A DNA stretch of 64,000 bases from Pelomyxa schiedti (lineage: Eukaryota > Protista > Evosea), in the NCBI GenBank assembly GCA_020536535.1, contig JAHLWZ010000093.1:1-64000 (forward strand). Direction: 5' to 3'. Positions 12,964 through 23,444 of the stretch are shown here, one piece after another. The position numbers were made by a program, and so were the translations under genes. The stretch's first letter is position 1; every line of letters starts with the position of its first letter. Under the pieces are notes generated by a model. It searched no databases. It had not been told where the DNA came from and worked only from the letters and a program-made list of their open reading frames with translations.

Positions 12964-13056
12964 AACACCACACCGTTCGTGCGGTACGTTTCAATGACAT
13001 GGTTTCGTCGAACCATCAAATTTATTGTTTTTCATCTTTTCGGAATAGTGGCTTTG

Positions 13057-14872
13057 TCATGGAATGGAGGTGTACACCCTGACCAAATTGTCCCAGGATG
13101 CCGTGAATAGTGCGTCACCCGAGGGACTCAGAGACACAGCTGTAAGCCTGCCCAGGGCACTTGTATCTCGCCAAGCCATTCTGCTGGACAGAACTGACCA
13201 CGCAACTAGCTCCCCAGTCAGATAGGATGCAAATAGACTGTGCCCGCTTGCTGAGAACTCGACGCAGGAAATTCCAAGGTTTAGTGAATCGTGTTTGAAA
13301 ACCGCGGCAGCGCGGGTCGAACGCCGGTCATACACACGGCAAATTGATTCACCTGTTCATTTGAAATTGTGTGTTAGTTGATGACCAGTAGAGAGTAATT
13401 CAACAAAACCTCCGGCGGCTGCATATAATGTTCCGTTGCGGGAAATACATACAGAATCGATGTCGTTCTCCGCGTCGGACCAGGTGATTACCGGCTTTGG
13501 GTGCCGTATGTCATATATTCGGGCTTTGGTATCAGTTGCTCCGCTCACGAATTCATTTGGGTTGGTGGGGCTAATGGCCACTGTCATTACGTCACCCTGT
13601 AGTTGTTTAGCCGGGCGGCAAGATTCATTTAGGGGTACTACGGTGGAACCTGTGAATTTGGTGATTGCGGTTCCCGTTTCCACATCCCACAAAATGCAGG
13701 TTCCGTCTCCGGAGCTGCTCACGAGTCTTTCCGTAGTGTTCATAAATCGCACTGCAGACACATATCCTTCGTGCCCAAGAAATTCTTTGCACGGGTGACG
13801 ACTTCCTGTCTTCCAGTCGTACAAATTGACAATGTCTAAATTAATAATAAGAAATCTATGATACAATAAAACCAATGACTTACTGTCAAGTCCACCACAT
13901 CCGGCATATTTGAGACATGGCGAAAGAACACTTGTCATAATATAACTGGAGAGATGAGGAATTCCTAAAACGAGTGACAGTTTATGTTTCTTGGAGTTCC
14001 ATTTCTAAGAAGATGAGTGATCGTTAATGGGAAAACAGCCATCCGTACCCATAGTCCTAATTTCGCATCTTTTGAGTTGGTGATAACAGTGTCATCGTTT
14101 CCGGCATACATGCCGTAGATATAGTTTATGTGGAATGTTCCTTGTGCGCTCAAGTGGAGATCGTCGTAGGATGGCTGGCGAATATTGAAGGGTCGGGTTG
14201 ACGGCGAACTCCCAAAGGATGGGATAATTGAATGCAGTCTTGTAAGAAAGCTCTGTGGTTGCCGCTTTGGAGTGATCAGGGAGTCGTTACACAGAGAATA
14301 GTTGCTAAGAACACACAGCCCGCGGCCAGGAGGTCCCTTGAAAATAGTATATACCTATCAGTAGTGAGGGAATACAGGACAAGGAAACACGGAGAGAACT
14401 AGGGACGGCTCACGAGAGTTTTCCACCTTTTGCACACCAGAGAGCACACAGTAGCAGGTTTCGCCCTCCATTCATGCAGAGCCACACCCAGCATGCACAG
14501 GGATACCTCAGCCCTCACTCCAGAATAACCAGAGCCGGAATCAAGACACGATTCACATGATTCCCTGCCTGTAGCATTCAAAGTTGTGCATGCATCGAAT
14601 ATGTTTTGAGCAAGTTCGAAATAGTCAATAGTTTGCGCTGTCACATTTGCATAAGGTTTCGAGGATGCTTTGGCTGTGGCAGCAGTTCCCGGCGGCGGAG
14701 GCAGCGAGGGCGGCGCGGACGCGCCGTCACCCACGTAAGGCGATAATGGGACGCCCAGCAAGGAGTCAATTTGTCCCGCAGCACCAAACACGAACCCAAA
14801 GACAACCAACATGGGTTCGTCGGGCAAACATGTCACGGACACCACCCTCGCTCCCTTGCGTGTTGACGCCAT
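13057..14872 (-). CDS. Split-F-box + G-protein-beta-like WD40 protein, copy A
   Basis: Tandem paralog of copy B with similar exon layout: SSYIMTSVLSPCLKYAGCGGLD, LGHEGYVSAVRF, GDVMTVAISP, LFTASWDNLVRVYTSIP. Confidence 0.85.
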
Positions 14873-15050
14873 AACCCATAAGGCACCACCACGAGCACCC
14901 GTTGGTCGTTTGACGGCACAAGTTAGTTAGAGGTGAAACAATTCAAAGAGTACATTAAAAGCACAAAAAAGAAGCAGAAGTGCACACTCAGTTGAGAAGT
15001 AAGTACTCCTGTCCGTGTGTGGTGATCGTCATTCAGAAACAAACGCGGAA

Positions 15051-16814
15051 ATGTTTTTCAAGAAGAAGCCGAAACCAACAACACCGAGTGCCAGTGCCAC
15101 TTCAACTGCCCCCCCAAAGGTAATGAGTCGAACCAATTGTTGGTAGTTGTTGAATTTTGTGTTCTATTGTGTATTAATAAAGTAAATTGGCAGGTTGGGA
15201 GGGTGTTTGGCACCACGTGGGTTGAATCAGCATTGAATAGTGACCCCGATGGGTTGGTACCGGCTCCTCTGCGCCATGCTGTTGGGTATGTACACTGCCT
15301 GCGTGCGAACCAGCTGCTTTTTGGTTGTAACCCACTTATTATTAGCTACATTGAATCAAACGAAGAACACATGAGGATGGAGGGAATATACAGGACTTGT
15401 GGGTCGCGTGCCAGAGTGGATGAATTAGTAGGTACCGCATATGATTTAAATTCCATGTCTTAAATTTTATTGTGGGACAGAGATGATTGAGGCCGGGAAG
15501 GAGCCTGACTGGAAGGTGTGTCTTGAAATTTTGGAAGCGTGACAACTTTTAGGAGTGGGAAGTAGAATCAGCTACATCTCTCATAATCCGGCTGATAGCA
15601 ACAACGGAGACTATATGGGGTGATGTTAAAGAGGCCATGGTACAGAACTTCGACAATCTACCAGTACTTGGGGAGATATTTTCCACCCTTCCGCTACAAA
15701 ATAAGGAATCTATAAGGTCGCCTTAAACTCTGAATCTCTTTCCCATACTCATTCCCCAAAGGTTCTTGGCACAGCACCTAAATCGAATTTGTTGTCGCTC
15801 AGCCTACAATCGCATGACAGTTGAAAATATCAGCATTTGCTTTGGGGGATCATATGCGTTGCTCTTGCCGATCTTCATCTCAAACATAGATACTGTATCC
15901 TTCTTATTCCTTGATCCCCCGCTAATATTATTTTACAGTACTTTGCACATAATAGTACAGTTGTATTTGGCATTAGCCTGCAGGAGGCCGCCGTGAGAAG
16001 TGACCCTGATGGACTCATACCAAGTCCACTGAAGGTATCCCTGGACTTCCTGGATAAACACGCTGGAACTCCGCTACTGTGGCAACAGTCCGGTTCCTAC
16101 TCCAGAGTAAAAGAACTTCGGCTATTGTTCAATTCCGGTCAACCTGTGAGTTTCCGCTCCTCCCAACCCAAAAAAACCAACCTAAGCACTTCTTATCACC
16201 TAATCAACTAAACAAACATAAACCATTATACAAATACTAAAATAAAACAGGTAAAATACCGCCCGGAGGAAGTGTGTGAAGCCACCAGCCTCGTTCTTCA
16301 GTTCTTCCGGGACACCACCGATCCCCTCTTCGACTATCCCCTACTCTCCGCTATCTCCGCACTGCCCCCCGCTCGCGGCGGCCCCCTACACTCCCTGCTC
16401 CCTCCACCACTCCCTGCTAGCTCCTCTACCACCACTACTACAACTGCATCCTCCTCTGCATCCCCTTGCACATGCACATCCGCATCCGCATCCACAACTA
16501 CATCGGATTCGGCGTCATCGACCACGAATACAGACATAATTGCGGCCATCCGCACGGCGCTGGGGCACTTGCCGCCCATAAACCAGGCCGTCACTCGCCG
16601 TATCTCGCAGCACCTGTTCCTGGTTGTGCAGGCGCGCGTGGCTGCGCATGCACCACCCACTGGTGGGCCACCGTCACAGCATAGTGTGATACTGGAGTGC
16701 AGGCAGCTGTGCGGGTGCCTGGGCGCCACCTTCAGCGATGTGTTCGCGGCAATAGTGGCAAACTATGACGGCATAATGCAGCCGGGCGGCGGTGACCCAC
16801 CGTCGTCCTCCTGA
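15051..16814 (+). CDS. Tandem RhoGAP-domain protein (second domain appears catalytically degenerate), multi-exon
   Basis: Domain 1: VFGTTW...SDPDGLVPAPLRHAV...MEGIYRTCGSRARVDEL. Domain 2: SDPDGLIPSPLKVSLDFLDKHAGTPLLWQQSGSYSRVKELR...VLQFFRDTTDPLF. Confidence 0.75.
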
Positions 16815-17112
16815 GATCAACCAAGCACACAAACGTAACCCGATCTCACTGTGTATCTCGTGCTAAATCCGTCTAGGTTGGGGTTGATAAAAACAACAGA
16901 ACGGAAAATGAAAACAAAAATTGTCAAACAACAGAAAAAATTAAATAAAAATGTAACTTCGTGTTTCGGTTTAAAGCGACATTACTACGAGACTTCACTT
17001 ACAAACGCAACGCGATGGCGTTTTTCGTTTGTTTGCGTTGTGTTGCACCTTTTTTTTTTTCCCTTTTGTCGATTTAAGTCGGTAGGCCGGGGCACTCTAA
17101 CTCGTGTGTTTT

Positions 17113-19804
17113 ATGTCAACAGGAGGCACGCAACAGCCGCCGCAACAACCACCAGCCAACTACGGCGGGTGGTCACAGCCTCCGCCGCAGCAGCAGTACC
17201 AGCAGCCGCCCCCACCGGGCTATCCCCCCTACGGCGGCTACCCCCCTCCCGGCTACCCTCCCTATGGTGGATACCCGCCTCCCGGCCCGCAGCAGCCCGG
17301 GCCTAATCCCAATCCCGGTGCCTCGGCCACCCCTGGATCTAAGAACCCCTCCGCGTCCCAGCAGAACCCCCAGCAGCAGCAGCCGCCATATGGAGGGTAC
17401 CCGCCCTATGGGTATCCCCCGTACGGCTACCCCCCGCCCCCGCAGCAACCCTACGGGTACCCGCCCTACCCGTACCCCCCTCCAGGCCAGCAACCACCTC
17501 CTGGCCAGCCACAACAGCCCGGGCAGCCGGGGCAGCAGCAGCCGCCTCCTCAGTACCCGCCCTACGGATACCCCCCGTACGGCTACCCCCCTCCCCCGCA
17601 GCAATGGGGCCCACCCCAGCCGCAGTGGCCCGGCCAGCAGCAGCAACAGCAGCAGCCCAACCCCTACCAGCAGCCGCCTCAGCCCGGCCAACCACAACCC
17701 GGCCAGCCAGGACCAGGCCAGCAGCAGCAGCCGACACAGCCTAATCAGGGACAACCTCAGACGATGCAGCCGGGGATGCAACCGCAGCCAGGCCAGCCCC
17801 AGCCCCAGCCCACGCCGCCAACACAGCCACAACCCCAGCCCGGCATGCCAAACCAGGGCCAGCCGATGCCAGGCCAACCAATGCCAGGCCAACCAACGCA
17901 GCCGGGCCAGCAGCAGCAGCCACCAATGACGGGGCCTCAGCCAACCCCCACGCCAACAACAAGCCAACCGACCCCAACAACCCCAGGGCAGCCAAATCAG
18001 CCAACGCCGGGACAGCCAACTCCAACTCCTACTCCCGGGCAGCCTACTCCAACTGCTACGCCTGGCCAGCCAACTCCGGGACAACCAGGACAACCAATGC
18101 AGGGGACACCACAACCGGGTCAGCAGCAGCAGCAGCAGCCAGGGTACCCTCCCCAGCCTGGATATCCTCCTCAGCCGGGGTATCCTCCCCAGCCTGGATA
18201 CCCACCTCAGCCCGGGTACCCTCCTCAGCCTGGCCAGCCAGGGTATCCTCCTCAACCGGGGTATCCACCACAGCCTGGATACCCACCACAGCCCGGTTAC
18301 CCTCCTCAACCTGGCCAGCCAGGGTATCCTCCTCAGCCTGGTCAGCCAGGGTATCCGCCACAGCCAGGACAGCCAGGATACAACCCTGATCCAAAGGCAA
18401 GTGGCCCAAAGCCTGGTCAACCTGGATTCAATCCTGATCCTCGCGCAACTGGACCGCAGCCAGGTCAGCCAGGATTTAACCCTGATCCTAGAGCTACTGG
18501 TCCACAGCCTGGCCAGCCGGGTTACAATCCCGATCCTCGCGCAACTGGACCGCAACCAGGGCAGCCGGGTTTCAATCCCGATCCCCGCGCTACTGGACCC
18601 CAGCCAGGGCAACCAGGATTCAACCCTGACCCTCGTGCTACTGGACCACAGCCAGGTCAGCCGGGATATAACCCTGACCCTCGTGCCACAGGTTCTATGG
18701 CATATCCCCAAGGCCCCCCACCTCCTGGCGGTTATCCTCCTGGTACTATGCCACCTGGCGGTTACCCTCCAGGTGCTTATCCCCCTGGTACTATGCCCCC
18801 TGGTGGTTACCCTCCAGGTGCAATGCCTCACGGTGCCTATCCTCCTGGTGCTATGCCCCCTGGTGGTATGCATCCCGGTGGCATGCACCCTGGTGCGCAG
18901 GCCCTTCAGGATAGAGGTCTCAAGTTCTTCAGCAATTTAGCTGCAGCTTTGACTCGCGATTATACCCTGTGAGTTTCTGACCCTTCCATTTGAACTGCTT
19001 CTTATCACACTTCTAGGATCATAGATAAGAGTGGTTCTATGAATTGCACCGCACGAGGGTTTGTACTTTTTCTTTCAATTCCCAAGTTAATTTCCTTCCC
19101 AGAAAGTCTCGCTGGCAGGAAGCAAGAGAAGCTGTTGGTGTGTCTTCTAAATCAAAATCTTGCTTATTTCTTTGCCCTAATTGCACCCAGAAATCCTAGC
19201 TCCGGCCGTGTGCAAAGCAGACCCTGATGGAGTTACTGTCTACTTCTTCTCTGATAAAATTACCAGGGAGACAGGCGTGAGGGGTATGCCCCAAAACTTT
19301 TCCCTCCGCCCGCCCCAATGAATGATTCCTAACCGTCACCCATAATCGCCCAGATGCGAGCCGCGTCCAGCAGCTTTTCCGATCGTACAGCCCCGGGGGC
19401 AGCACCGACCTCGCCGGCGTCCTCCGCCGAGCATTCAAGGCCCACTTTGACAACGGAGCCAAGCCCGAGACCATCCTGGTGATAACCGACGGCGTCCCCG
19501 ACAACGGCCTGGCCGTCGAGCGCGAGATAATAGATTGCACCCACCGCCTGCGCGACGACGACGAGCTGTCTGTGTCTTTCATCCAGATCGGCGACGACCC
19601 GAGCGCCCGGACTTACCTCAAGAACCTGGACACTGAGCTCACTAAGAAGCACGCCAAGTTTGACATTGGTACGTGGCCCGGTTTTCGCCTGTTGGGGAGG
19701 ACACTTTGAGGCTAACTAACATTCACGCAGTTGACACCAAGACATCTGATGAAATGAAAGGAATGGATTTCGCCACCCTCATTTACAAGTCCATTACCAG
19801 CTAA
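17113..19804 (+). CDS. Pro/Gln/Gly/Tyr-rich repeat protein with a C-terminal VWA domain (intact MIDAS)
   Basis: Long N-terminal low-complexity exon, then spliced [13 protein letters not shown]...[55 protein letters not shown]; stop 19802-19804. Confidence 0.85.
18142..18695 (+). repeat. Coding tandem repeats: GYPPQP(GQP) hexamers, then 6.5 copies of the 16-aa unit [15 protein letters not shown][F/Y]
   Basis: Read directly from the translation; units differ at third codon positions. Confidence 0.9.
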
Positions 19805-19884
19805 ACCACACCGCGTAGTCTAAAACAATGTCCATCAAGTTCTTGGAAACACGAATTTTGTGAATCATTTGTTGAGGCAATCAA

Positions 19885-21324
19885 TTAAATGAGAAAGGAG
19901 TGGGCGATTGGGGGTATTGTGAAGTTGTGTCCCAGTGACAAAAGGTGTCTCCCTGAAGTTGGTTCAGTCACTTCCAAGCTCCTTTTTGGCTTCCCTGTGG
20001 CGTCTGGTGTAGGTCCAATTATGTTGAACATGAGGCCACCCTCAAAGAACACAGAATCCCAGTCACAAATAGATGAGCAACCAACATCGACACATCCCAT
20101 TGCACCACCACCAGTGTTGTTGATGTCCCAGATTTCCAACCGGGGTTCAGAGCCTGAAACACAGAACATAGATTCGCTCATCTGCCAAATTGCTCTGACC
20201 TTATTGTGGCCTGACTGCAGGTGATCGACGTGAGCATCTGTGGACCCCTCCTCAACTTGTACGATGACGAAGCGGGAGCCTGTTTGTGGTCCACTTCCAT
20301 CACTTTGGCCGACAGACAGAATGAATGAACGAGTGCCATTCTTCTTGTTGAAAACGAGGGCTACTGCTACTCCTTCAATGTCCTGTGCACGGAACTTTGT
20401 GGAACTCAACACAGCCAGTCTCTTTGTTGCCCATGACTCCTCACATCGAAACACAGTGACCTCTACGATGACCTTGGATGCCTGTCCCCAGCACTCACAC
20501 AGTATCACTTCATCGGGATTGAGGTTGTTGAAAAAGAATGATACACGGTCAGAAACTTCTTGGCTTGGCATTGTGACTTTGTGTGACACAATCCCCTCAG
20601 AACAGTTCTCCCTCTGTGAAATTTTGCCAATGAACGCAACGTTTGAGTCTCCCACAGTGTTTCTGTAATCCAGGTACACCCACCACTTGCCATTGGAGTA
20701 GCATTGCAATGCTAGTATTTTCATTATTGAACAACGATCCACGAGGCGCCATTCCTGCCCAGTATCCAAGCTCCTGATGCTGAACGAGCAAAACGGAAAA
20801 CGCACACACAGTCCCAGTGCGTTGTGCATGTGGTCAACAGAAAGCATCGTCCATCCCGTTCTATCCTCCCACCAGAACTCCACGTTTCCCACGATGGATC
20901 CCAGAACAGCCGACACTCTGAACGTGATGACACCCGATGACTTGGCAAGGTCCACACACGACATATAGAAGAACCTCGTAGGAGACGATGAATGGCACCA
21001 ATCCCACAGCAACCTGACAACCGCGATCTTCTTCTGCGGCTCGATTGATGGCGCGGCATTGCCGCCGCAACGAGGGTGCGCCGCCATCGCCAGCGCAGCA
21101 AGTTGGTCGCGAGATGAAAGCAGCACCGATGGCGAAACCAGATCGGGGCGAAGCTGAGGGTCTTGTTGCTGTCGACCAAGCGGCTGGGCACTGGGGGATT
21201 GTGGGAGCCGTGGAACGGTCGCGTGCAATTGTGGTGAGGCGACGTCGTTGCGGGGTGCCTTCTGCTGGTGGTTTTTCTGTTTCACCGCCGCGGTGTGGCC
21301 TCCCCTGTGCTTCCTCTTTCCCAT
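19885..21324 (-). CDS. Intronless 'ARDQ...HPRCG' family hypothetical protein, array copy 1
   Basis: Single ORF; likely ATG at 21324 (the track start at 21384 is TTG). Shares SRDQLAALAMAAHPRCG, NGKWWVY, FFNNLNPDE, SESMFCVSG, EIWDINN and FFEGGLMF with its neighbours. Confidence 0.8.
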   Translation of the reverse strand: MGKRKHRGGHTAAVKQKNHQQKAPRNDVASPQLHATVPRLPQSPSAQPLGRQQQDPQLRPDLVSPSVLLSSRDQLAALAMAAHPRCGGNAAPSIEPQKKIAVVRLLWDWCHSSSPTRFFYMSCVDLAKSSGVITFRVSAVLGSIVGNVEFWWEDRTGWTMLSVDHMHNALGLCVRFPFCSFSIRSLDTGQEWRLVDRCSIMKILALQCYSNGKWWVYLDYRNTVGDSNVAFIGKISQRENCSEGIVSHKVTMPSQEVSDRVSFFFNNLNPDEVILCECWGQASKVIVEVTVFRCEESWATKRLAVLSSTKFRAQDIEGVAVALVFNKKNGTRSFILSVGQSDGSGPQTGSRFVIVQVEEGSTDAHVDHLQSGHNKVRAIWQMSESMFCVSGSEPRLEIWDINNTGGGAMGCVDVGCSSICDWDSVFFEGGLMFNIIGPTPDATGKPKRSLEVTEPTSGRHLLSLGHNFTIPPIAHSFLI

Positions 21325-21372
21325 CCTTTTGGTTTTGTTTTTTCCCAGCCGACTCCCATCCCACTTCGATCG

Positions 21373-21386
21373 GTTTGGCGCCAAAC
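21373..21386. promoter_or_regulatory. Palindromic E2F-like site GTTTGGCGCCAAAC ~50 bp upstream of ATG 21324
   Basis: 14-bp perfect palindrome containing TTTGGCGC on both strands; related TTGGCG hexamers precede several other ATGs. Confidence 0.4.
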
Positions 21387-21442
21387 GGATGGGATAGGCT
21401 TAGAATAGCTTTTTATGGGATAGAACAACAATAAAGAGGGAG

Positions 21443-21894
21443 CTAAAACGGAATTTCATTGTATGAGCACTGCGGTGGCAATGGAACGACGTCGAGAGCA
21501 AGCGACAGAATGGGTGTCCTCGTTGTTGGGTCTGTCACATCAATCCTCGTCTCCATTTTCTCTGGCGATTTGCGTGCAACGGGTGTAGTGACTGTGTACC
21601 TCAAACAAGGTCTGCAACACACTTCCACAGCGTTGTTCATGTGGTCAACAGCAATCATACAAGTTGGTCGCGGGCAGAAAGCATTACCGAAGGGGAGACC
21701 AGATCCGGGCGATTCTCGGGGGTCTGGGGTGGCTGCCGCGGGTACTGTGCTGGGGCCGAACTGCGTCCGCTGCGGGATTGTGGGAAGGCAACACAGGGCC
21801 AGCAGGAGTGTTGTGGAACGTCGTCTTGAGGTCGGTGACTAGCCTTCTGTTTATTGTGTCGATGCCGTTCTTGTGCTTTAGACTGCTTGCCCAT
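21443..21894 (-). pseudogene. Doubly internally deleted relic of the ARDQ/HPRCG family
   Basis: N-terminus (LVSPSVMLSARDQ), a middle fragment (AVDHMNNAVE) and the C-terminus (RIDVTDPTTRTPILSL) lie in order within ~450 bp, with a frame break at ~21658. Confidence 0.75.
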
Positions 21895-21987
21895 TCCTGG
21901 ATTTATTTGTTTGTTTGCTTGCATTGAGCGCGATTTGTTGCCGCAATGGCACAACCCTTTTGGTTTGATTAAATGCCAGGAAATCAA

Positions 21988-23376
21988 TCAGATTAGAAAT
22001 GAGTGGTGACTGGGCAATGGGGTTAGGTTGGTTGACAGTGAGAGAATCTGAGTCCCAGATGATGGTTCCGTCAAGGCAATCAGATTTTTTGCAAGGCTGT
22101 ACGTTGTGCTGAACATGAGGCCACCTTCAAAGAACAAGGAACAGCAGTTTGAGGCACTTGGGACCTCAACAACACGCAAGGACCCACTCAGGTTGTTGAC
22201 GTCCCAGATTTCGAAGATTGGGTCATTCCCTGAAACACAGAATAGTGATTCACTCAGCTGTGAGATTCCTTGCACACTGTGGAGTACTGAGTGTAATGGT
22301 GTCCCTTCATCATAGGTAGTACAGCCTTCATCAATGTTGACGATTTGAAGCTTGGGAGGTAGCATTGGGTAGACTTCTTTGAGCCATGGGAACCTCCCAT
22401 TTTTCTCAATAGCTACAATGAAGGAAACAATGCCAGAGGATTTTTTGAGTACGAGAGCATCTGTGAAACTTGCGATGTCAGGGTCACAATGCCACTCCGT
22501 TTCGTTCACCTGCATAAATTCCTTGTGTGCCCACGACTCCTCAAGTTGGATGACAGTCAATTCAACTTCATAGAAGTGTCCAGTACTGCCACAATTGCAC
22601 AGGATTCCTTCATCAGGATTGAGGTTGTTGAAGAAAACAGAGGTACCCTCATAAAAAAACATTCTTGGCAATTTAACCTTGTGTGCCGCACCAACTTCAT
22701 CCCCAGTGGGTGCGCAACTTCCAGTCAACTCTAAGTTGTGAATCCACAGAGAGTTGTAGTCAAAGTACACCCACCACTTTCCATTGCTGCCACAGTACTG
22801 AGGGAAATCACAGCTCCTCACCACACACTGGGTGCGTCCAGTCTCAAAGTTCTTGACATTGTAATTCAAAGAAGGTATACAGAATTCCATCGCGTTGCGC
22901 CTATGGTTAAGAGACAGAAACATGCATTCAGGATTATCTTCCCACCAGCACTCCAGCTCACCTCTGATTGACCCAAGTAGAGGTGACACCTTGAACCCAA
23001 CAACGCACGAAGCTCCATGGTCAAAAAAAGCCAGATAGAAGAACCTTGCAGCCGAGTCGCGGCACCAACCCCACACCAGCCCCACAGCAAGGGCAAATGC
23101 ATTTCCAAATGACGTGGTGGATGTTGCAGTTGCAATGTTTCGCCCACAACGAGGGTGCGCGGACATCGCCAGCGCAGCGAACTGGTCACGTTCGCAAAGC
23201 GAAATTGATGGCGACATCCGATGAGCAAAACACAATTGGGACTCCTTCTGCCGGTTTTGCAGCGCGATCTTCTCGTCGACGTGGGGCGGGTTTGACGACA
23301 ATAGATCCTGAAGACTGTTGTTGTGCCGACACTTTTTGGTGTTGGGCGGTGTTGCTGTAGCATCATCACCGTCCAT
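21988..23376 (-). CDS. Intronless ARDQ/HPRCG family protein, array copy 2 (most divergent)
   Basis: Single ORF, likely ATG 23376 (MDGDD); ERDQFAALAMSAHPRCG and the other family motifs present. Confidence 0.8.
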   Translation of the reverse strand: MDGDDATATPPNTKKCRHNNSLQDLLSSNPPHVDEKIALQNRQKESQLCFAHRMSPSISLCERDQFAALAMSAHPRCGRNIATATSTTSFGNAFALAVGLVWGWCRDSAARFFYLAFFDHGASCVVGFKVSPLLGSIRGELECWWEDNPECMFLSLNHRRNAMEFCIPSLNYNVKNFETGRTQCVVRSCDFPQYCGSNGKWWVYFDYNSLWIHNLELTGSCAPTGDEVGAAHKVKLPRMFFYEGTSVFFNNLNPDEGILCNCGSTGHFYEVELTVIQLEESWAHKEFMQVNETEWHCDPDIASFTDALVLKKSSGIVSFIVAIEKNGRFPWLKEVYPMLPPKLQIVNIDEGCTTYDEGTPLHSVLHSVQGISQLSESLFCVSGNDPIFEIWDVNNLSGSLRVVEVPSASNCCSLFFEGGLMFSTTYSLAKNLIALTEPSSGTQILSLSTNLTPLPSHHSFLI

Positions 23377-23444
23377 CTGTTTTTTCTTTATTATTTGTTT
23401 AAAAGAAACGTTCGAAACAAGAACGTTCTGTCTTGAATTTTCAA

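Noticed and set aside
17173-18888. Long antisense ORFs (571 aa here; also 54087-55217, 46366-47265, 10081-10563)
   Set aside because: Shadows of repetitive or GC-rich coding sequence on the opposite strand, with no protein-like motifs.
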